Origin: Blastocladiella emersonii ATCC 22665
Taxonomy: Eukaryota; Fungi; Blastocladiomycota
DNA length: 64,000 nucleotides
Direction: 5' to 3'
Assembly (NCBI GenBank): GCA_025594325.1
Contig: JANHCV010000005.1
Coordinates: 558,001-622,000 of the forward strand
In this document: positions 56,369 to 64,000 of the stretch, one piece after another
Layout: the number at the start of each line of letters is the position of its first letter
How positions within the stretch are numbered: the stretch's first letter is position 1
Translations under genes and position numbers: made by a program
Notes under the pieces: generated by a model
What the model was told of the DNA's origin: nothing
The model's database searches: none
The model's input: the letters and a program-made list of their open reading frames with translations, nothing else

Positions 56369-56718
56369 GGTGATCTACGTGGGTACTCTCTCGCGATACG
56401 GGAGAGATGGCCGAGTCGGGCACGCAGCCGTTCGCGGGGCTTCGCGCTTGAACTCGCTCAATCTTGTGACCGTCACATGGATTTCACTTCGCGTCTCGCG
56501 TCTCACGTCTCACGCTTGGCGCAGTTTTCGGGCTAATGGGTACTCGGCGTCAAAAAGAAGGGCAATGAGCAAAAGCGCATACCATGAGAATCAACTGCAA
56601 CTCGAAACCCAGCAATGCGTGTTATCTCGCTGACAGTTTCAGCCAGACATTTGCTGACACTTGAATACAATATATTTCTTCAAAATTACGACTCATGGCA
56701 AGTTGAGACTTGTAGCGT

Positions 56719-58481
56719 TCACGAAGCATCGTCAAAGACCAACCCGCCAAGCAAAGCGGGCGGGGCCTTGGCGCGGAGCACGGCCTTGCCTTCCTCACTA
56801 ATCCCCTCGCTGTCCTTCATGACGAGCTGCGTGAGGGTGGGCGGAAGCTTCCCAGCAAGAAACTCGGCACCTTCGTCCGTGATCAAGTTCCCTGACAGGT
56901 CTAGGATCTGGAGCGACTTGGGAAGGCCCCAAGCCAGATGGAACAACGCCGTGTCACGCATGTTGAGGTAATCCAAGGACAGCTTCGTGGGATGCGACGG
57001 AAGATGGTCGGTGAGCGTCTCTAGAAGTTCGGGATGACGGTCCAGGTCGAGATAAGCGTTGCCGCCCAGATCGAGCTCGCGCAGCGAGTGCGGTAGGCGC
57101 TCGACGAGCTACTTGAACGAAGACTTTAGCATGTTCGTTTGGATGAACGTAAGGACTTCACGCGACGGGGAAATCAAGTCGGCAAACTGTTTATGTCCTT
57201 CCTTGGACAAATCGATGGAGGATACCGTGAGAGTTTTAAGCTGGCGGAACGCCGGCTGTCGTGCGATCATGAGTAGATCACTCTCGTCCAGCTCACAATA
57301 ATCAAGGCAAAGCGTCTCGATACCCGGCCGCAGCGCTCGAGCCAGGGCCAGGGCCTCCACTCCAGTGAGATCACAGTGTGACAAATCAAGGCTCACGAGC
57401 GTTGCAGGGAGGTCCCACTGCTGCGCGTGTATGATGGTCGACGGGTGGGCAAAGTTGTGGCTCACGTTAAGGACGCGGAGCCGCGGGGGAAGGTACATGC
57501 TGGCATCGCTGAACCCGCGGCCGCTGATGTTGGCGGACTGGGTCGTGAGCGAGCGGACAACTGGTGGGATGGCATGAAGTACCACGATCAGCCCAGCGTC
57601 GGCAAGACTAATGGCCTCGAGTTCCAGCGTATGGATCGTCGGCGGGAGCCGAACAAACAGTCCCGCGAGCAATCGCGGCATGACAACAGCTTTGCTAAGG
57701 GTCAGATGCTCGAGTAGCGGCGGCCACCAAAACCCGTCGAATTCGGCGAGCTTGGTGTCGGGATAAAACCACGAGGGCTCGATTTCGAGGCGGGTAATAG
57801 TGGCGGGAAGGCGCAGAGCGAGCAAGCGGGCCACGTCCAGCGTGCAGGTGTGGTCGATGGCAAACGTGGTGACGCGTTGGTTTGGACTCGCAAGGGCGTC
57901 GTTGAGCGCAAGGATCCCGTCCATGGTGATAATCTGGCCCTGCAACTTGAGCTCCGTGACTTGGCCGCTGGCAATTCCAGCAAGACTCGCGTTGATCTGC
58001 TCGTCCAGCTCTATCGGTGTGCCGTCACACCGTAGCTTGCAAGACGGTCGAGTGAGACAGGAGTGGCGAATGTGATTGTTGAGTGTCAACGTACCCCGAG
58101 AGAAACTTGAACTCGAGCGTTAAATGCAGAGTAGTCTGCCGGTACGCGCGCCTCGCGAATCCATTCCAACACGTCAAGGTTACGCTTGCACACGACCATC
58201 TCGAGCAGGTCCTCGGAAAACGCGATTGGAAGACCCAGCTGCCTGCGCTTCTCGAGAGCTGCGATCTCGCTGTTGTAAGCCGAAGTCTCAACCGAGAGCA
58301 TTGGCGAGAGCAAGAAGATGGCGCGCACAACGTTAGGAATGTGTTGCTCGCGCATCACGCGGGCATACTGAGCGAGACCGGCAACGTCGTTCGGGTCGTC
58401 GTGCGCGAGGACGGCAAGGACCAAAATCTCCTCGACGATGGTGGGTATAGATAGCTTCGGTCCCGTTTCCATGAGTTGCAT
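56719..58481 (-). pseudogene. Divergent ANK-LRR family copy with an in-frame TAG in the LRR exon
   Basis: Exon 1 58095-58481; phase-0 intron 58036-58094; LRR exon with stop at 57109-57111; the same frame continues (LVERLPHSLRELDLGGN...LQILDLSGNLITDEGA) to 56719. Confidence 0.82.
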
Positions 58482-58592
58482 TGCGGGAAGTGCTCTGTCG
58501 CCTTCTTGGGAGGGAGGACTGGGAGAGCGAGCGAAGGCAGCGGAGCGGCGGCAACCGACCGACTTGCGCTGCGAGAACAGCGCCCCGTGCCC

Positions 58593-58619
58593 CTCACATG
58601 ATATCACCTCGCGTCTCGC
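58593..58619. promoter_or_regulatory. Bipartite upstream motif CTCACATGATWTC-N4-CGCGTCTCGC (also at 47101-47127, 49909-49935, 56472-56499, and reversed at 2428-2454)
   Basis: Five copies seen directly. Four lie about 105-125 bp upstream of ANK-LRR family start codons. Regulatory function is inferred. Confidence 0.55.
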
Positions 58620-58820
58620 AAGTTCGCGCCATCCAACGACTTCGTTACGCATAACATAGCAGACCGTCCTAATCTTCCTCCCTGTGCGGCGGTGATGCCG
58701 ATCACTCGCGGGACGGCCGTCGCGAAGCACGGAGTGCGAGACATCACGTGTCCCAAGACCGACGCGTTCTCCTCGTTCGCGACGCGTCCATCCACGCTCT
58801 CGCACCCCAACCAGGTCACT

Positions 58821-60163
58821 ATGAACATGAATGCAGCAGATGCACTGCTTGGCGTCGGCGCAGGCAACGGCGAGGCCAAGCCGCCAGCGACCAAGCTCGA
58901 CGCGATTCTGCAGTCGCCGCAGAGCGGACGAGTACGCGCTCACGCGTTCATGGTCCTGGACAACGTCAATCTGAACACTGAAGAACCGAGTAGACGATTC
59001 TGTACCGCGTGCTCGTTATCGCCGAGCTGCTCCCGTCCGTGGTCAATCTGCAGGACGTGACGGGTACGCCTTGCCCCGCTTTCCCACGTCGCATCCCCAC
59101 CTCACCCCTGTCCCTTGTAGGCTACTACCAACACTTCTTCAAAAACCTGCAATCCGAGACCACCACCGTCACCGGCGTCCTGCTCGTACACCCGACCGTG
59201 GCCGTGCACCTTGTCGAGGGTCCGCGTTCGCTCGTGTACGACTACCTGGCGGACCTCGACCGGAAACCCGGGTCGCACTCGTCGGGCGCGCACGGCACCG
59301 TGGCGGCGGGGTCCGAGCCGATCCTGACGTCGGACGGCGACCTGCTGTCGGCGGCCGCCGTGACCCCCGTCTTCTTCAAAAGGGCCCGCGTCGTGCTGGT
59401 CCAGGACGACGTCGCGAGGGTGTACCCGTACTGGCTTTCGCGCGCCGCCGAGCAGGCCAAGCAGTCGCAGCAGCAGCAGGCGCCACCGGCGGCGCAGCCC
59501 GCTGCGGGCGAGGGTAAGTCGTCTCCCGACTCGGACGACGAGGACGGCGGCGGCGACGAGGAGAACGAGGAAGACCCCGCCGACATCCTGACCGCGTGCA
59601 CCACCGTCGCACACGGCCTCGTATCCCTCGGCCCGCGCCTCGCCTCGCTCGCGAAAGCGGACATCAAGGCGTACCTCGACGACCTGCTCCTCCCCTCCTC
59701 CTCCCGCTCAACCACCCGCGCCGCTCCCACTAGCGATCCGATGCACGCCATCACCTCGGACCTCTACCCGCGCCTCCTCGCCTCCCCCTCCCTCTCCACG
59801 CCGCGCGCGTGGCGCAAGGCCATAGACGCGGACGCGTGCTACGGCGTGATGCTAGACGACCAATTCGTGTGGCCGGCGCCGCGGTGGGGGTTCCTCGCGG
59901 GGATCCGCGCGCTGTCGCAGGCCCAGGAGACGCGCGACGAGCAGGGGAAGCCCGCGGGCGCGGGCGCGGGTGGTGGGAGTAAGGTCACGGCGGCACTGGC
60001 GGCGCTTCAGCAACAGCAACAGCAACAGGCGCAGCAGCAAGTGCAGGGCCAGGCGGGAGCGGCGGGCGGGCAGCTCGCGGTGCCCGAAGGAGGTGCGGGC
60101 GGTGGTGGTGGGTCGGCGGCCGCGATCAACGAGGCGCGCGGCGGCGGCGGTGTCGCGGTCTGA
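58821..60163 (+). CDS. TEX47-like / BLUF-fold protein (3 exons)
   Basis: TILYRVLVIAEL...|GYYQHFFKNL...VTGVLLVHPTVAVHLVEGPRSLVYDYLADL...RVVLVQDDVARVYPYW; resembles the TEX47/BLUF-like pattern ITGLLLxYPxxxxHxLE. Confidence 0.6.
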
Positions 60164-60376
60164 CGAGGCTGTGTGCAGTTGTTCGGAATGGGAATTGATT
60201 GATTCAAGGCGCGATAACATAGGGATGGGGGAGGGATAGGACAGGTCGGGATTGGGGTGGGAGTGGGGGTCGGGGCGAGGGGGGCGGTTGGGTTGGGTGC
60301 AAAAGGGAGGGAGGGGACGGGGACTAGGCGGGCGAAGGAGGAGGGCGATAAAGGGTAGTATCAGCAGCGGGCAAGC

Positions 60377-63256
60377 TCAATTCCGGCGCCGGCGCGAGCT
60401 GTTCGTCCCGTGGCCGGACCGCCGCTGGTGGAGCATGACGATCTTGTTGACGGCGTCGCGGACCGACGACATGGAGTTCTCGGGCTGCACGCGGGCGAAG
60501 AGGGCGAGGAGCGACTGGCGCTCGGCCTGGGTGAGGAACGAGAACATGCCGAGGCACTGGGTGCACCACGGCACAAACTCGGCGGGAAAGATCTCGGCCG
60601 TGAACTTGATGATATCCATGACGTCCGAGAACGACTCGCTGCCGACGAGGTCGGCGATGCGCTTGGCGAGCGTGATCCCGAGCAGGTTCCCCGCGTGTGG
60701 GCGGACGACGCGGGTGGCGATCTCGGCGGTATCGACGCCCTGGCGGGCAAACGCGGGCCGCGCGAGCGGGTGCAGCTGGTCAAGCAGGGCGCGGAAAAAG
60801 TAGAGCAGCGACCCGACCGTGTGCGGGTTGGTCGAGTGCTGGAGCGCCTGGAGCGAGAACTGGACGATATTGTCGAGGGTCGGGGACCACGCGAGGAACT
60901 GCGCGGGGAGCACGCCGAGGACCGTCGAGAAGATCCCGTGCATCTCGTCAATCGTCTCGAACGCCGCGTCCCACCCGTCGCGCTCCGCCATGGCGGCCGT
61001 GGTCTGCGTCAGCTGCTGGACGAACTGGAGCAGCGGCGCGACCCACTGCGCGTCGCGCGAGAAGTTGGAGACCACGTGGTTGGCGACCCACAGCCAGCAC
61101 GAGAACTGGGTGGCGGCAAACTGCGCGGCGAGCAGGTCGACGAGCCGCGTGAGCTGGTCGGCCGAGTAGTGCGGGATGCACGAGTCGTTGAGCGTGTTGC
61201 GGATCACCTTGGACACGCCCTCGGTGACGGGGTCGGTGCGTGCGTGCACCGCGAGAATCCCCTGCAGGTACGGCCACAGGGCGTCGACGAGCCCGAGGAT
61301 CGGGTGCGGCTGGCCCGCGGCGATCGCGGGCTTGACCGTCTTGATGATCATGGCGAGCCGGTACAGCGTCTCCTTGAGCGTCGGCACGGGCAGGCTCGGG
61401 TCGAGCTGCTGCACGAGCGGCGTGGCGAACTGCTGCAGGAGCTGCGGCATCTCGGCGACGGGCGCCGCCGCAATGATGTGCGACACGGCCTCGACGACGT
61501 CAAGCGACTCCTTGAGCGGGAGCGACCCGAGCGCCGTCAGGTAGAACGGGTGCAGCTGGCCAATGTACTGGTGCATGAGCGGCGCCGAGTCCTTGGCCAT
61601 GAACATGAGCGTGCGGGCGGCGGCGGCCACGCACTCGGTGTCGCCGCTGAACCCGCGGCTGACGAGGTCCATGTGCTGCGCGAGGAACTCGGGGTGGTGG
61701 TGGGTCCAGGGGCTGTAGCACCCGATGAGGACGAGCCCGGCAAAGTTGACGCGCGGGTGCATGGCCATGAGCCCGGGCAGCGCCTCGATGAGCCGGCGCA
61801 CGTTGTCGGGGTTGGCCTCGTTGGCGAACCGGCCGATGGCGCGCGCGCCGGCGAGCACGGCCTCGACGTCGCGCCACGCGCTCGTCGTCGACGACGCGGC
61901 GGTCGCCTGGCCGAGCAGGTCGAGGCAGTGCGACAGCACCGCGTTGACGCCGAGCACCGAGCAGCAGTCCTTGACGACGTCGCCCATGAAGTGGCGGAAG
62001 TCCGAGAAATCCTCCTTCTCCTTGGCCGTCAGGTCCTCGTAGTCCTCGGCGAAGCGCATCTGGCGGATCAGGATCCCGAGCAGGCGCTGGTACGCGGACA
62101 CGATGGGCGTCGAGTCGAACAGCTGGTCCTCGTGGACTGCGATGGTCAGCATGTTCCAGAAGTCGAAGGTCTGGTTGAGCACGTCGAGGTGCGGGAACGC
62201 CATGACGGAGACGGCGAGGTCGAGGAGCGGCGCAAAGTCGACGGGCCGCTCGGCGATGGGCCCGAGGCACGCGACGCCCGCGGCGGTGACGAGGCGGACC
62301 ATGGACCGCGCCGAGTCCTCGTCGTCGGCAGCCTCGTGGATAAGCGGGGCCGCGGCGATGAGGCGCGGCAGGGCGACCTGGACGACGGCGGTGCCGGCGG
62401 CGGACTGGTGGGTGATATCGGGCTCGGCGAGGTCGAAGACGGCGGACAGGATGGATGCGGCGCTCTCGGCGACGTCGCTGGAGGCGAGGGCGTCGAAGGA
62501 CATGGCGATGATCTGCGACTGGACGATATCGTTGAGCGGGATGGCGTGGGTGTCCATCCACGACTCGACGCAGGCGAACAGCTTGGTGTGGAGGCGCGGG
62601 TCGGCGGCGTGCAGCATGCCCTGGAGCGAGGTGACGAGCGAGCGGAACACCTGGGCGGCGTTGGCCTCGACGAGCGACGCCATGCGCTCGGCGTACTCGG
62701 CGCGGGTCATGACGCGCTCGGCGGCCGCGAGCTCCTGCGGGAGCACCGTGAGGAACTCGAGGAAGACGGGGAACAGGTCGGCGCGCTGGCCGAGCGCCTG
62801 GGTGACCTCGGACACGGGCGCGGTCCACGCCGGGACGTGGATGGCCATGTCGGCGAGCGCGCAGCACAGCTGGGTCACGGCGCGCGCGTCCAGCAGCGCA
62901 GGCGTCGACAGCATCTGCACGATGCCCGACCGCAGCTGCGTGACGTGGTCGTTACTCAGCTTGTACAGGTCGCGCGCAACCTTGTGGCGCAGCACCTGCG
63001 ACGCGAAGATGCGCGCCGGCGCGTTAGCGTCGCCGTTCGGGCCGCCTGGTGGCGCCGAGAGGACCGCGGTGGCGACGCCCCAGGCATCGTCCTGGACGAG
63101 GTTAGGGTGTGGGCGTGAGTGATCCGCGGCGGGGACTCGATGTGGGGAACGTACCGTGAGCTCAAAGTCCTGCAGCCACTTCTCAGCGGCCTTGCGGGCG
63201 GTCTGGTCCGTGGCGCCGTAGAGCGTGGAGACGGCGTTGAAGTACTCGGCCGACAT
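60377..63256 (-). CDS. MTR10: Transportin-3 / MTR10 importin-beta family nuclear import receptor (1 intron, 63092-63154)
   Basis: AAEKWLQDF...AWGVATAVL...IFASQVLRHKVARDL, TQLCCALADMAI, FLEFLTVLPQE, TFDFWNML, EKEDFSDFRHFMGDVVKDCC, WRDVEAVL. Confidence 0.93.
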   Translation of the reverse strand: MSAEYFNAVSTLYGATDQTARKAAEKWLQDFELTVRSPHRVPAADHSRPHPNLVQDDAWGVATAVLSAPPGGPNGDANAPARIFASQVLRHKVARDLYKLSNDHVTQLRSGIVQMLSTPALLDARAVTQLCCALADMAIHVPAWTAPVSEVTQALGQRADLFPVFLEFLTVLPQELAAAERVMTRAEYAERMASLVEANAAQVFRSLVTSLQGMLHAADPRLHTKLFACVESWMDTHAIPLNDIVQSQIIAMSFDALASSDVAESAASILSAVFDLAEPDITHQSAAGTAVVQVALPRLIAAAPLIHEAADDEDSARSMVRLVTAAGVACLGPIAERPVDFAPLLDLAVSVMAFPHLDVLNQTFDFWNMLTIAVHEDQLFDSTPIVSAYQRLLGILIRQMRFAEDYEDLTAKEKEDFSDFRHFMGDVVKDCCSVLGVNAVLSHCLDLLGQATAASSTTSAWRDVEAVLAGARAIGRFANEANPDNVRRLIEALPGLMAMHPRVNFAGLVLIGCYSPWTHHHPEFLAQHMDLVSRGFSGDTECVAAAARTLMFMAKDSAPLMHQYIGQLHPFYLTALGSLPLKESLDVVEAVSHIIAAAPVAEMPQLLQQFATPLVQQLDPSLPVPTLKETLYRLAMIIKTVKPAIAAGQPHPILGLVDALWPYLQGILAVHARTDPVTEGVSKVIRNTLNDSCIPHYSADQLTRLVDLLAAQFAATQFSCWLWVANHVVSNFSRDAQWVAPLLQFVQQLTQTTAAMAERDGWDAAFETIDEMHGIFSTVLGVLPAQFLAWSPTLDNIVQFSLQALQHSTNPHTVGSLLYFFRALLDQLHPLARPAFARQGVDTAEIATRVVRPHAGNLLGITLAKRIADLVGSESFSDVMDIIKFTAEIFPAEFVPWCTQCLGMFSFLTQAERQSLLALFARVQPENSMSSVRDAVNKIVMLHQRRSGHGTNSSRRRRN

Positions 63257-63816
63257 TGGTGGAGGTGATCCGACGCGGGTGCGAGTAGAGTGTGTGGGCG
63301 GGGCGGGGCGGGGCGGTGGGGCCGAGTGGTCGGGCGGCACAAGAGTCGAACGAGAGACCGACGCGAACGGGAGAGGATCACCAACGCGAGTGCAAAGTGA
63401 CGATGATGATGGCGTGCACGGGCAACGAGTGGGTAGCGGGCGGCAGCGGTGTGGCGGGGCTGTGGACAGTGGACGGCGGGCCGAGGGACTAGGAGGCGCC
63501 GGGTGTCGTCGTTGCGTTGCGTAGCGTTGCGTCGGTGCGTGTTACGGCTGCGTCGCGACAAGTCGAGCAAGAGGGGGCCGCGGGCAGCAGGCAGGCGAGG
63601 CGGCGTCGGCCACGGCCGCGGTCGGCGGGCGCGAACAGGGGTGCTGGCGCGAAGTGCGCTGCGATCAGCCCGCCTCACCTGACGCGCTCTTGCTCGCAAG
63701 GCCGCCCTGCCAAAGCCCTCGCGCGGCCCCGCTCCCCCTCCCCCTCCCGCCCTGCCCATAGCGATCCGCGCGAATCCCATGCAACCTCACCTGCTGCACA
63801 CGGTGCAGTGCCGCCC

Positions 63817-64000
63817 ATGACCGCGGACCCGACCATCTCGACCTCTGCCCCGCCACCCGACCTACCACTTGCCATGCCACCAACAACCTCCGACGCTTCG
63901 ACCGATGGCGGCGTGCCCGAACAGTCCACGGACTCGCTTGCGACAACCGCACCGAGCTCGGCGGCCTCATCGATGGCCGACCTCGACCACGCCGCGCCAC
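63817..64000 (+). CDS. Possible 5' end of a gene running off the window
   Basis: ATG 63817 opens a stop-free frame (MTADPTISTSAPPPDLPLAMPP...) to the window edge, divergent from MTR10. No homology recognised. Confidence 0.35.
   Translation, partial: MTADPTISTSAPPPDLPLAMPPTTSDASTDGGVPEQSTDSLATTAPSSAASSMADLDHAAP

Noticed and set aside
53006-58481. Stop-codon readthrough or an alternative genetic code explaining in-frame stops
   Set aside because: Three different stops (TGA, TAA, TAG) occur at non-equivalent positions in single paralogs, alongside frameshifts and truncations, and housekeeping genes use all stops normally. Pseudogenisation is simpler.
63092-63154. 21-aa insertion in the MTR10 N-terminus
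   Set aside because: The segment is bounded by GTACGT...CTAAC...CAG, so it is a stop-free 63-nt intron that the ORF caller read through.

Overview
This is eukaryotic, GC-rich fungal DNA with short (about 55-75 nt) GT-AG introns. A zoosporic fungus, most plausibly Blastocladiomycota, is inferred from composition, the expanded 'WW' ankyrin family and a TEX47-like gene; this is not verified. The window has two parts. (1) Housekeeping core (about 2.7-36.4 kb and 58.8-64 kb): cystinosin, thioredoxin, acylphosphatase, JIP5/WDR55, peroxisomal enoyl-CoA isomerase, THOC5-like, P4-ATPase flippase, QCR8, SMP3/PIGZ, POP8, ECM31/panB, fatty-acid elongase, a mitochondrial helical-repeat protein, TEX47-like, MTR10. 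(2) Accessory regions (0.15-2.3 kb and 36.6-58.5 kb), each containing a tRNA-Gly(CCC) copy. The accessory regions hold a birth-and-death cluster of 8 copies or fragments of a two-exon gene: [F-box-like helical module + 2 degenerate ankyrin repeats], a phase-0 intron, then an RNI-like LRR exon. They also hold two paralogous F-box-like/ankyrin genes, a candidate non-autonomous TIR element carrying a 26-bp minisatellite and a Myb/SANT-like ORF, and a 157-bp fold-back. The main candidate for an undescribed system is a 7-exon gene at 40589-45044. It appears to encode an MLKL/HeLo-like N-terminal helical bundle, an EF-hand, DM9-like lectin repeats and about 10 ankyrin repeats, with no NACHT/NB-ARC domain. 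It may be an NBD-less sensor-executioner embedded in the LRR/ankyrin cluster. All domain calls are by-eye motif recognition; no searches were run.
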